Positions 1 through 8,957 are shown, counted from the first letter of the stretch. The stretch: 11,246 bases of DNA from Promethearchaeota archaeon (GCA_048941265.1 JBHLNT010000134.1:1-11246); one strand, 5' to 3'. The notes: generated by a model from the sequence alone, not told the origin. Translations and numbers: made by a program.

Positions 1-2
1 CT

Positions 3-329
3 GCAGTAAATTGTAATTTTAGAAATCCCGATCTTGAAGATATGTTCGGATATATTAATGCGGCAACCGGATTTAATTATGATAAAAAGAGCTTTTTGAA
101 GCTTGGGGAACGCATCAATAACATTAAAAGAGTTATCAATTGTAAGATGGGAATTACCAGAGCAGATGATAAACTCGCCGGGATAAATACTAGAGTTTTG
201 CCGATGGGCAAAATAGCTGGTGTAAAGCTAGATATAGATAAAAACTTAGAGCGCTACTATAAAGAGCGGGGTTGGGATTGGGATACCGGAGCACCTACTC
301 AAGAAAAACTAGATGAGTTAGGAATATAA
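3..329 (+). CDS. aor: Aldehyde:ferredoxin oxidoreductase family (W/Mo-AOR), C-terminal fragment; 5'-truncated by the window edge
   Basis: The frame is open from position 3 (AVNCNFRNPDLED-MFGY...), so ATG42 is internal. It has the typical AOR C-terminal signatures CxF, GERI..IKR..N...G.TR.DD.L and YY..RGWD..TG.PT.EKL.ELGI*. Confidence 0.9.
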   Translation, partial: AVNCNFRNPDLEDMFGYINAATGFNYDKKSFLKLGERINNIKRVINCKMGITRADDKLAGINTRVLPMGKIAGVKLDIDKNLERYYKERGWDWDTGAPTQEKLDELGI

Positions 330-416
330 ATTTCTTAACATTTTTTTTTATTTTTATTTCGGATTTAATTTCCACTTTCTGTGCTTTTGAGATAAAATAA
401 GGAAATTTAAAAAAAA
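330..416. terminator. Convergent intergenic region with oligo-T tracts for both strands (archaeal-type terminators)
   Basis: T9/T5 tracts at about 341-359 follow the aor stop. An A-tract at about 409-416 is a T-tract on the minus strand right after the reductase stop. No GC hairpin. Confidence 0.55.
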
Positions 417-1604
417 TTAAGTTAATGTTAAATCTAAATGAATATCTGTTAGAGGATAAGAGATACAAGGATGAATAAATCCATAATTTTGGTCAATCTC
501 ACGCATGGTCACCTCGGGAGGCACGAAAACTTTACCTGAAACCATTTTTGTTCTACAAAGAGCACACTGTCCTGAACGGCATCCATTATCAATTGCCAAT
601 CTTAAATCTTTTTGTCTTTCAACACTGTTGAGGAGAGGTTCTATACTCAATGCTTCAAACGATATTTGTTCTTTCTGTCCCTGTGATAAGAAGTCAACTA
701 TTATCTTTACCTTTTTAGATCCATCAATATCATCTGGCCAACCCATTATTTTTGTTATATCGTCAGGAACTCCAAATGCCTCATATTTCCTACGATGAAT
801 AGGATTGTTTAATGCATTGAGTTCTCCTTCAATAAATTGATACATATTTAAGCTCCCAACCACATAAAAATACTTATCCTCAATGGATCCTATAAAATCC
901 GAAATTTCATTTTTTATTATGAATCCGCAAGCGCCCTTCCAATCTGGTTCTGGCTCCGAAAGGATATATTTGAGTTTTACATTCGAACGGCGTTCTGCAA
1001 TATCTTCAAGTTCTTCTCGAAATAAAATGTCCTTTTCACTTAGACATCCAAAAATTACCCATACATTGATTGGCAGAATTCTTTCTGTAATATCTCTTAG
1101 CATTGAAATAAAAGGAGTTATACCACACCCCCCTGCGATAAACACGAGATTTTTGCCATGAAATAATTGATTATAATAGAATTCTCCTAAAGGTCCTGTA
1201 GCTTCCAATATATCTCCGACTTTTAGATTTTCCAAGAGATAATTACTTACGAAACCGCCTTCTTTCTTTTTAATACCGAATTCGTAATAAGCAAGGTTAT
1301 TAGGAGATGAAACCAGCGAGTAAGGGCGGGATGTTCTTACCCCGTTTATTTCTGTCGTAAGTCCTATATATTGTCCAGCACGAAAGGGAGCAAGCAACTT
1401 TTTTGGATTTGCTGATGTAAAGCGGAATAATTTTGTATCCCATGAAAGTTCTTTTACATCAGTTAGTCTGAGTATTTGCTTCTCAGGATGCAATCGATCA
1501 CACAAACTTTCAAGACCATCATAATACCAAGGTATCGGAAGAGTTTGTTCCCGTTGTTTTTTAGATTTTTCTGCGTTTTGATATTTTTTAAGATCTTTCA
1601 TCAT
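417..1604 (-). CDS. FNR-type FAD/NAD(P)H oxidoreductase with C-terminal plant-type [2Fe-2S] ferredoxin domain (PaaE/KshB/Hcr architecture)
   Basis: FAD-binding motifs FRAGQY and RPYSL, GxVSxYL, NAD-binding AGGCGITPF, EAF, and C-terminal CRSGQCALC...CIS (Cx4Cx2C...C). It starts 4 nt after the stop of the upstream gene. Confidence 0.9.
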   Translation of the reverse strand: MMKDLKKYQNAEKSKKQREQTLPIPWYYDGLESLCDRLHPEKQILRLTDVKELSWDTKLFRFTSANPKKLLAPFRAGQYIGLTTEINGVRTSRPYSLVSSPNNLAYYEFGIKKKEGGFVSNYLLENLKVGDILEATGPLGEFYYNQLFHGKNLVFIAGGCGITPFISMLRDITERILPINVWVIFGCLSEKDILFREELEDIAERRSNVKLKYILSEPEPDWKGACGFIIKNEISDFIGSIEDKYFYVVGSLNMYQFIEGELNALNNPIHRRKYEAFGVPDDITKIMGWPDDIDGSKKVKIIVDFLSQGQKEQISFEALSIEPLLNSVERQKDLRLAIDNGCRSGQCALCRTKMVSGKVFVPPEVTMREIDQNYGFIHPCISYPLTDIHLDLTLT

Positions 1605-1608
1605 ATTT

Positions 1609-3162
1609 TTACCACTTCCCCTCTCTCTTGTCTTTAAAATACATCCCAGCCGCTATCCTGCCTCCCAGTATAGTCGTCGAAAATCCGCCTCCAAAATTAG
1701 TCCAAGCACCCACTTGATATAAACCCGGAATTGCGCCTCTGCTTTTTAGTCGAAGCATGGGTCCATTCTCGACATCTTGAGTTGTTCCATAAATGGCCCC
1801 CTCAATATTTTTGGAATAACGATAGTAGGTTAGAGGGGTTGCGGCTTCTGCCACCTCAATATAATCACGTATATTAGGAGAAATAATATCTTCAACCAAT
1901 TGTATCATTCCATCAGCAATATCGTCCTTCATGCGAAAATATTGGTCAGCAGATATTCCTTGCCAAAGTTTTCCCATTTGCAGAGTGGTTAAAACTAACT
2001 GAGTTGTTCCTGGCGGAGATATATCCTCATAAATATGGTTATAGCAAGCTGCTACCATATATTTAGGTGGTTCTAATTTCTTAAACGTATCAAAAGCTTC
2101 ATTTTGATCATAAGTGGTATTAATAAATGCCTCATGAGACGTAAGTCCTAGTTCTTTATATGACGCATTCAATCCTATATACACTGAAAAACCAGATGGT
2201 CCAACTTCAGGGGCATAAATACTCTTCTTATAAGTTTCGGGTACAATTTCAGGCGGAAGCATTTTCATCGTTGTGCAAATTGGATTTACATTTGAAACTA
2301 TTGCTTTACAACGATATATATCACCATTTAAAAGCTCTACTCCACAAACATGTCCACTCTCAACGAGAATTCGGTTTACAAGAGCATTATATCTTACTTC
2401 GCCGCCTAATTCTTCAAAAGCCTCCACCATCGCTGTAGTGAGTGAGTGAGATCGTCCTATGGGAAATGCTGCACTCCATCTTAAAAAGAAGATAAGCATC
2501 GCAATATAAACATACGCATTTGCCCTATCAGGAGGAACTCCCACATAACCCCACATTTGCGAAATTACGGCCATCAATTTTTTATCTGTTAAAAATTTTT
2601 CAAATAACCCTGAAAGTGTAAGCCCTGATACACGAGGTAGCCAAGGATGCTCTTTAAGAATTTCTTGTGGTGAGAACCTACCACCTTTTGATGCTATATA
2701 TTCTATACCAGCTAAAACAGCTTTACACATTTCCATGAATTCTTCTATCCCTTTTTTTTCATGAGGGAAAAGTTCTATTAATTTGTCAGTATATTCTTGA
2801 ATTCCAAAGGGGAGTGTTACATCATAACCATCATAATATATACTTCGATACATTTCAGGAATGTTTTTAAACTTGAGTTTATGAGGCACTACTCCTAATC
2901 TCTCTAAATATCTATAAAGCCCTCCTCTATCTTCTTCCGTGCCTATATCGCTTAATTCGTGTAAAGCACCTTCGAATTCAAATCGCCCTCTCACAAATGA
3001 GGTCGCAAATCCTCCTGGAACGTTGTGCTTCTCTAGAAGTAATACTTTTTCTCCAGCTAAGGCAAGTTGGCAAGCGGCTCCTAAACCTCCTAATCCAGCA
3101 CCAATAACAATCACGGGATAACTCGATATTACTTTATTTTCATTAAAATTACTTGATACCAT
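1609..3162 (-). CDS. NAD(P)/FAD-dependent oxidoreductase of the phytoene desaturase (CrtI)/CrtISO/retinol saturase family
   Basis: N-terminal VIGAGLGGL...LLEKHNVPGG.ATSF.RG.FEFE, plus ATPLT..RY....GAIYG and C-terminal GLYQVG.W...GGG. It is 517 aa with an SD-like GAAGGT upstream. Substrate cannot be assigned. Confidence 0.85.
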   Translation of the reverse strand: MVSSNFNENKVISSYPVIVIGAGLGGLGAACQLALAGEKVLLLEKHNVPGGFATSFVRGRFEFEGALHELSDIGTEEDRGGLYRYLERLGVVPHKLKFKNIPEMYRSIYYDGYDVTLPFGIQEYTDKLIELFPHEKKGIEEFMEMCKAVLAGIEYIASKGGRFSPQEILKEHPWLPRVSGLTLSGLFEKFLTDKKLMAVISQMWGYVGVPPDRANAYVYIAMLIFFLRWSAAFPIGRSHSLTTAMVEAFEELGGEVRYNALVNRILVESGHVCGVELLNGDIYRCKAIVSNVNPICTTMKMLPPEIVPETYKKSIYAPEVGPSGFSVYIGLNASYKELGLTSHEAFINTTYDQNEAFDTFKKLEPPKYMVAACYNHIYEDISPPGTTQLVLTTLQMGKLWQGISADQYFRMKDDIADGMIQLVEDIISPNIRDYIEVAEAATPLTYYRYSKNIEGAIYGTTQDVENGPMLRLKSRGAIPGLYQVGAWTNFGGGFSTTILGGRIAAGMYFKDKREGKW

Positions 3163-3257
3163 AAAAAATAACCTTCTTAAATAACTTTTAAAATTATTTT
3201 TTTTCTCTTTTTGAATTGAATTTAATAATTAAAAAAATTAATAAATTAAAGATTAGT

Positions 3258-4073
3258 TCAACGCCCTACAAACACAGCTTCTCTCTTTTCCTTAAGGGCA
3301 TCCATTGACTCTCTAAAATCTTTCGATGCAAAAAGTTTTCTAAGCGCCTTGTTTTCTAAATCTAAGGTGTTACTTAAAATATCGCTAAAATAGGCATGCA
3401 TAGTCTTCTTCATTAATTTTATGGATAAACTCGGACCCATAGGAGGGATAAGCCGAAATGCTTGTTCCCTCGCATAAGGGATTAGCTCATCAACAGGGAG
3501 AACTTTATTTATAAGGCCAAGTTCATAAGCTTCTTGAGCGGTTACCTGCTTGCCGAAATAACAGATTTCTTTAGCTTTTTGAAAACCAATTAAAAAAGGC
3601 AGGACAAAATTAAGTGCAAATTCAGGCACTATGGCTCTTCTACTAAAATAAAATCCCAGCCACGCATCCTCGGACATATAAATTAAATCGGAACATGCTA
3701 AAGGCATCGTAACACCACCTCCTATAGCCATTCCATTAATCGCAGTTATAACAGGTTTATTAAAATTCCACATCTTCATGCATAATTTCTTTTGTGCTAT
3801 ATCCATAAGATCAATTTCAGGAAATTTTTGCATTTTGTGAAACATTTCTTTCTTAAAATACCCTCCCGATGTAAACGCATCCCCTTTTTGATCACCAGTT
3901 ATGATCAAAACTTTTGCATTTTTATCTTTCTCCATATCTTCGATAACAGTATAAATTTCTAAAAATGTAATATATGTAACCGCGTTCCGTCTTTCAGGTC
4001 TACTCAGCGTGGCCGTACAAATCCCGTTTTCTTCCTTTTCATACTTTATATCTTCAAAATCTTCAATTTGCAT
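3258..4073 (-). CDS. Crotonase-superfamily (enoyl-CoA hydratase/isomerase) protein, 271 aa
   Basis: Motifs TLSRPERRNA, AFTSGG, KPVITAINGMAIGGG, A.EA.ELGLINKV and SKDFRE...A..EKR...F.GR. The likely start is ATG4073 (MQIEDFED). The 19 codons upstream to TTG4130 look like AT-rich promoter DNA, with TTTATA at about 4117-4122. Confidence 0.9.
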   Translation of the reverse strand: MQIEDFEDIKYEKEENGICTATLSRPERRNAVTYITFLEIYTVIEDMEKDKNAKVLIITGDQKGDAFTSGGYFKKEMFHKMQKFPEIDLMDIAQKKLCMKMWNFNKPVITAINGMAIGGGVTMPLACSDLIYMSEDAWLGFYFSRRAIVPEFALNFVLPFLIGFQKAKEICYFGKQVTAQEAYELGLINKVLPVDELIPYAREQAFRLIPPMGPSLSIKLMKKTMHAYFSDILSNTLDLENKALRKLFASKDFRESMDALKEKREAVFVGR

Positions 4074-4210
4074 ACATATTTGCCGTTTATTAATTATTTC
4101 ACATTTTTTATTCAAGTATAAATAAATCAAACTAAATAATTCATATTTTTAAAAACTAATAGAATTATAAAAAAATAATATTAAAAAAAAATTAAATGAT
4201 TTGTTTAGTT

Positions 4211-5902
4211 TTATTGTCCCTTTCTAAGTTCCTTTTTTAGAACCTTTCCAACTAAACTCAGGGGGAGTTCTTCCTTAAACTCATAGATCTTTGGAACTTC
4301 ATATTTGGAAAGATATTCTTGAGCATATTGTTTAATACTTTCTTTTACACTCTCTGATGCTTCAACTCCTTCTTTTAATTGAATTACAGCCTTTACGATT
4401 TCAGATCCCGGTCGAGCTGGATCAGGCACTCCTATAATTGCTATTATCTGGATGTCAGGATGCTTTGTCATTATATCCTCAACATGCACACTATACACTT
4501 TAAAACCACTTACGATTAACATATCTTTGGTCCTGTCTACTATCTTTAGATAACCCTCCTCGTCAAATACACCGACATCTCCGGTATGAAGCCATCCATC
4601 GATGTAAGTTTTTGCCGTATCTTCTGGTTTTTTATAATATCGTTTAGTAATTTGTGGACCTTTCAAACAAATTTCACCGGGCTGTCCAATTGGTACTTCT
4701 TCACCTGTTTCTACATCTATAAGTTTGAAGTCAGTATCGGAGAGAGGTAGCCCTACAGTTCCAATTTTTTTTTTACCCAAAGCGGGATTTGCTGTGACTA
4801 AAACTGCAGATTCCGTCATTCCATAAACTTCAACGAATTTATTTTCTGAGTGGAAATCTTTTTCAAAATCTCTAACCGCTTCAGCTGGAAATGGAGCTGC
4901 TCCTGAAACATATAAATTTATGTTATCTAGGGTTTCCGGAGGAATTTTCTTCGACTTAGGATTATCCTGAATCATTAAAAATAATGTAGGGACATTACCA
5001 AATACAGTCGGTTTTTTATCAATAATTTCTTTTATCATATGGTTAGTGTCTCTCGGATTGGCGATCATTATATGCGAAGCTCCAATATATGTCAGGAATA
5101 GTCCTATAAATAGCCCTGCCAAATGAAAGTACGGAAAAGCCGAAATGACAATATCGGTTCCATGTTTCCTGTTGAGCCATTCATCAAACTGTTGCATATT
5201 TGCACATAAATTAGCGTGCGTGATTTCTGTTCCTTTTGGGCGACCTGTAGTCCCACCCGTATATTGAATCAACATTAAATCATTATGGGGATCAATCGAG
5301 ACCGGCTTTAAATCGATTTCAGTAGCAATTACCTCTTGGAAGGGAACAACTTTTTTTCCTGGATATGGGATCATTTTTCCTTTTGGAATTTTTCCTAATA
5401 GTTTCGCTATCCCTACAATAAATCCCGGGAGATTCATCATCTCCGCAATATTTGTAGGGATTATAACTTCAAGCTTCGGTATTTTATCTAATATCTCTCC
5501 AATTCTCTTCTCGTGAATGATATCCATAGTTACTAAAAATTTTGCATCTGAATCATCTATTTGATAAGCAATTTCATCAGAGCTTAAAAGTGGTGAACAT
5601 CCCGATGATACCCCTCCCGCTATATACGTTCCGTAAAGCGCAATTAAATACTGAGGACAGTTTGGTATATTCATGGCAACAATGTCGCCCTTTTTCAACC
5701 CATTTTTCTGTAAAAAGGTAGCAAATTTTCGAGAAAGCTCTAAAACTTCCCCATATGTTATAACATTTTTCATGAAATAGAACGCCACTCTATCCGGAAA
5801 GGCTTCCATCGCTCGTGTCAAAATTGTCCCAAAATCCTCATACTTATACGTGAGAGTCTCAGGAACGTGTTTATCATATGATTTTAACCAAATTTTTTCC
5901 AT
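4211..5902 (-). CDS. fadD: Long-chain acyl-CoA synthetase (AMP-forming, FadD/LcfB-like)
   Basis: Adenylation motifs YTGGTTGRPKG, YGMTE, GEICLKGPQ, GWLHTGD, DRTKDMLIVSGFKV and LSLVGKVLK. Confidence 0.93.
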   Translation of the reverse strand: MEKIWLKSYDKHVPETLTYKYEDFGTILTRAMEAFPDRVAFYFMKNVITYGEVLELSRKFATFLQKNGLKKGDIVAMNIPNCPQYLIALYGTYIAGGVSSGCSPLLSSDEIAYQIDDSDAKFLVTMDIIHEKRIGEILDKIPKLEVIIPTNIAEMMNLPGFIVGIAKLLGKIPKGKMIPYPGKKVVPFQEVIATEIDLKPVSIDPHNDLMLIQYTGGTTGRPKGTEITHANLCANMQQFDEWLNRKHGTDIVISAFPYFHLAGLFIGLFLTYIGASHIMIANPRDTNHMIKEIIDKKPTVFGNVPTLFLMIQDNPKSKKIPPETLDNINLYVSGAAPFPAEAVRDFEKDFHSENKFVEVYGMTESAVLVTANPALGKKKIGTVGLPLSDTDFKLIDVETGEEVPIGQPGEICLKGPQITKRYYKKPEDTAKTYIDGWLHTGDVGVFDEEGYLKIVDRTKDMLIVSGFKVYSVHVEDIMTKHPDIQIIAIIGVPDPARPGSEIVKAVIQLKEGVEASESVKESIKQYAQEYLSKYEVPKIYEFKEELPLSLVGKVLKKELRKGQ

Positions 5903-5995
5903 TTAAATCCCTATTTTCAAAATTAAATTATTATTTATTTACTTTGCGTTAGTGGAATTTAATATTTTTCAAAATTAAGAAGTAAATATTTCACT

Positions 5996-6022
5996 TTAAT
6001 TATTTAAAAAATAAAAAAAATT
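5996..6022 (-). terminator. Oligo-T terminator candidate downstream of the DUF35-ltp4-ltp3-DUF35 unit
   Basis: A6/A7 tracts on the + strand (about 6006-6020) are T-tracts on the coding strand, about 20 nt after the stop. Confidence 0.45.
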
Positions 6023-6040
6023 TACTAATTTAGAACGAAT

Positions 6041-6565
6041 TTATTCATTATTTTTTTCTTGTTCCTTTTTGTTAAGTTCGATGGTTGGATCTTCAATCGC
6101 ATCATAATAATCGATGTCAAACCATGACCCTGTCCTTTCTTTTGCCCAAACTGCCTTAACTGGCATTCCAATATAAATAGAATGAAAATCAATATCTTTT
6201 GGCATGTTATGAAGCCATAGTGTGTCTGCTCCGTCTTGGCGAACGGCTATCACAGGTAAAGGTCTTTCACGATCTTTATCATCCGTTTCATAAGTGGCTG
6301 AGCCAGTAGCTATGGTCCCCGTTTCAGGTAATCTTACCCATTGATCGGGTTTCACAAGACACCTCCCGCAAATTAACCTTGGGGGGAATGAAACAGTATT
6401 ACAAGACCTACATTTTAAACCTAATACAACCCCATCCTTTAAACCTTTTAAAAACACTTTCGTTCGTGACAAGTTGAATTTATATTTGTAATTCATTAGG
6501 TACCAGTTGCCGTGTAATTTTCGAGTCTTTTTATATTCTTTTTTGATATAATCTGGTAGTGGCAT
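6041..6565 (-). CDS. DUF35-family Zn-ribbon + OB-fold protein (thiolase/aldolase scaffold partner)
   Basis: G.KCRSC...SFPPRLICGRC zinc ribbon, then LPETG.I and an OB-fold ending in IGMPVKAVW. A perfect GGAGGTGA SD overlaps the upstream stop. Confidence 0.88.
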   Translation of the reverse strand: MPLPDYIKKEYKKTRKLHGNWYLMNYKYKFNLSRTKVFLKGLKDGVVLGLKCRSCNTVSFPPRLICGRCLVKPDQWVRLPETGTIATGSATYETDDKDRERPLPVIAVRQDGADTLWLHNMPKDIDFHSIYIGMPVKAVWAKERTGSWFDIDYYDAIEDPTIELNKKEQEKNNE

Positions 6566-6573
6566 TATTTATT

Positions 6574-6581
6574 TCACCTCC
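6574..6581 (-). promoter_or_regulatory. Shine-Dalgarno GGAGGTGA overlapping the ltp3-like stop codon
   Basis: The minus strand reads AAA TGG AGG TGA AATAAATA ATG. Confidence 0.75.
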
Positions 6582-7818
6582 ATTTTCTCTGTGGCTCATC
6601 TGACATCACCACATGAGTAATTAAATTAATAGCACCCCCCCAGCCATGACCTAAAGCTGTATGAACCGTTTTTGGAACTTGGTTGCCTGCTTTTCCCATA
6701 ATTTGCAGCGCTGCTTCGGCTGGTCTTTCCATGGCTGAGGCTCCAATTGCATTTGTTGAATTCACTCCACCGGAACAATTTATTGGTAATTCTCCATTAA
6801 GTGCAGTAACACCATTTCTATAAGCTTCTGGAGCCTGATTTTCCTCAAAAAGTCCCACTCTTTCTACCCACATAAGTTCTTGGTTAGGAAATGGAGAATA
6901 AACTTCCGCATAATCTATTTCCTTATTTGGAAATGAAATACCGGCTTGTCCATAAGCAACCTCCGCTGATTTCATCGCTCCTAATTGCTCACAAGGATCA
7001 ACTTGACCGGCACCTGCGCAATCTACGCCAATAATAGCGGATTCATTGCTATAACTGGCAACACCATTTATATAGACTGGGATATCCGCAATCTGCCTTG
7101 CCTTTTCTTCAGTGGTAATTAACATCGCACAGGCTCCATCTGATGCAGGACACACCATCCCGAATCTCAGAGGAAAAGATATATATGGAGTATCTAGCAC
7201 ATCCTCAATAGTAATAGTAGGCATTTTTAAATGAGTCCACCAGTTTTTCGCTGCGTTTCTTCGATTTTGAACTACAACTCGAGCAAGATCTTCTTCAGTT
7301 GCTCGACTTCGCCTCATATAGTTCATAGCCTGATAAGATGCAATTCCAATAGCAGCTCCGGCACCCATATTTGACCTCATCCTCTCAACAGTATAGCCCA
7401 AATCCGAAAATATTGTGAATTCTCCTAATCCTACAGAGGCTAATCCTACTGTAGTATTCCCGCATGATTGTTGCTCAAATCCTACTGCTAAAACCATGTC
7501 ATACAATCCTGATGCTACACTGTAATATCCGGCTATTGTGACAGAACCTCCCGTGGTTCCTCCTGTGGTAACCCTCAGCATAGGTTTATTTTTAGCAGCC
7601 ATATGATCTCCCATCCATAACTCAGGCAAGTTAGCACCCTCGAATGCTGGCATATTACCGTTCACAATTGCGTCTATTTCTTTCCAATCTATACTTGCTT
7701 TTACGATGCAATCCTCTACTGCCTCATTTACCAATTCGGCCATATTAACATCAGACCTCTTTGAAGCATGTTCACAAAATCCACAACTAATTATTGCTGG
7801 TTGTACTTTATGTGCCAA
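6574..7818 (-). CDS. ltp3: SCP2-type thiolase-fold protein, Ltp3-like (probable retro-aldolase subunit)
   Basis: Thiolase-fold motifs P.SDGACA, AEVYSPF and INCSGG. The N-terminus (KRSDVNMAELVNEA...IDAIVNG..P.FEG..LPELWM.D.M.A..KP.LRV.T.GT.GGS) closely resembles mycobacterial Ltp3 as I recall it. There is no Cys at the nucleophile position, and TNA replaces GHP. TTG start with SD. Confidence 0.8.
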   Translation of the reverse strand: MAHKVQPAIISCGFCEHASKRSDVNMAELVNEAVEDCIVKASIDWKEIDAIVNGNMPAFEGANLPELWMGDHMAAKNKPMLRVTTGGTTGGSVTIAGYYSVASGLYDMVLAVGFEQQSCGNTTVGLASVGLGEFTIFSDLGYTVERMRSNMGAGAAIGIASYQAMNYMRRSRATEEDLARVVVQNRRNAAKNWWTHLKMPTITIEDVLDTPYISFPLRFGMVCPASDGACAMLITTEEKARQIADIPVYINGVASYSNESAIIGVDCAGAGQVDPCEQLGAMKSAEVAYGQAGISFPNKEIDYAEVYSPFPNQELMWVERVGLFEENQAPEAYRNGVTALNGELPINCSGGVNSTNAIGASAMERPAEAALQIMGKAGNQVPKTVHTALGHGWGGAINLITHVVMSDEPQRKWR

Positions 7819-7821
7819 TTT

Positions 7822-8955
7822 TTAACCACCTCCCTCCAAAACATAGAATATATTATTTTGAGCGCAGAAGCCTACCTGTCCTGATGCGACTGCCTTTTTT
7901 GCCCCCGAAACCTGATATCCGTCTGCTTCACCCCGAAGCTGTTTAGCTGCTTCTACTAATCTTGTTAAACCACATGCACAGGGAGTAAAGGCACTCATAG
8001 CGCCTCCTGATGGGTTTAAAGCAGGTCCGGAATCAAGTAAGGTCGCTCCTTTTCCCTTTTCACTTAATTGTGCTGCCTCAGCCAATATTAACTCTTCACA
8101 TGGAGTATGCCCAAATATTTCAGCTACATCAATTTCATTTTTAGGATCATTTATCCCAGCTATTTTGTAAGCTTTTTCTGCAGCTTTTTCCATTGAAACG
8201 CTGGTACTCAAATCCCTATCTCCTAAATAATAGGTTTCCTGACATTGCCCCATTCCGGTAATCCATACCGGTTTATCTGTAATCTTTAAACTTTGCCTCT
8301 CAGGTGCTAATATCATCGCAGTCGCTCCATCGCATGGAATAGGATACATTAATTCCCTTAATGGACTACTTAAAACTTCGGAATTTAACACATCTTTCAC
8401 AGATATATCTGGTTTTTGAGTATCTGGTAATGCTAAAGGATTTTTAGTGGAATTCTTATAATTTTGTACGGCAACTTTCGCAATATCCTCTTCACTCACG
8501 CCAAAAGCTTTCATATAAGCTCTCATTTGCAATCCAGCTGCAGTATAGGGATTAATCACGCTTTTTGTTCTGTCAAATGTGGGATCTAATTCCAAAATTC
8601 TAACTGGTTCATATAAATAGCATGATGCCATGCTAAATCCATATATCATGGCTAATTTATGATTACCAGATAAAATTCTATATAAAGCGTATGCTGCAGC
8701 ATGCGCACCATCCATTTCCACTTTTGTTTCGTCTTTCATATAAGCACCTCCTGCTTCCACTTTAAAACAATTCGAAATCGTTTTCCCATCATAATAATCG
8801 TTAGTACATGTGACCACCGTGGTAATATCTTTTCTTTTTAAGCCAGCAGAATCCAAGGCGCCCCTAACAGCAGTGAATATTGCCTCATAAGGACTTATCA
8901 TCATGTCCAGCTCAGGCTTTAGTTGATAAAATCCAACTATTCCTACTCTTTCCAA
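7822..8955 (-). CDS. ltp4: SCP2-type thiolase-fold protein, Ltp4-like (probable retro-aldolase partner subunit)
   Basis: Motifs P.CDGATA, IDVAEIF and NPSGGA. The segment DYYDGKTIS...GA....ETKVEMDGA.A resembles the VEMD(A/G)A signature of actinobacterial Ltp4 as I recall it. No nucleophilic Cys and no GHP. TTG start with SD. Confidence 0.78.
   Translation of the reverse strand: MERVGIVGFYQLKPELDMMISPYEAIFTAVRGALDSAGLKRKDITTVVTCTNDYYDGKTISNCFKVEAGGAYMKDETKVEMDGAHAAAYALYRILSGNHKLAMIYGFSMASCYLYEPVRILELDPTFDRTKSVINPYTAAGLQMRAYMKAFGVSEEDIAKVAVQNYKNSTKNPLALPDTQKPDISVKDVLNSEVLSSPLRELMYPIPCDGATAMILAPERQSLKITDKPVWITGMGQCQETYYLGDRDLSTSVSMEKAAEKAYKIAGINDPKNEIDVAEIFGHTPCEELILAEAAQLSEKGKGATLLDSGPALNPSGGAMSAFTPCACGLTRLVEAAKQLRGEADGYQVSGAKKAVASGQVGFCAQNNIFYVLEGGG
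7827..7833 (-). promoter_or_regulatory. Shine-Dalgarno GGAGGTG for the ltp3-like gene
   Basis: The minus strand reads GAG GGA GGT GGT TAA AAA TTG. Confidence 0.75.
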
Positions 8956-8957
8956 GT

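Noticed and set aside
505-1161. Plus-strand ORFs 505..798 and 883..1161
   Set aside because: Antisense shadows wholly inside the well-supported reductase gene; no motifs.
2160-3121. Plus-strand ORFs 2160..2438 and 2939..3121
   Set aside because: Antisense to the CrtI-like gene; no recognisable features.
1609-3162. Carotenoid biosynthesis gene crtI
   Set aside because: Family-level similarity only; no crtB, crtE or crtY in the window and the context is catabolic.
4074-4130. N-terminal extension of the crotonase from TTG4130
   Set aside because: Reads as AT-rich promoter sequence containing a TATA-like box; the fold begins just after ATG4073.
6574-8955. Mevalonate-pathway or beta-oxidation acetyl-CoA acetyltransferases
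   Set aside because: Catalytic Cys and GHP His are absent in both proteins and there is no adjacent HMG-CoA synthase.
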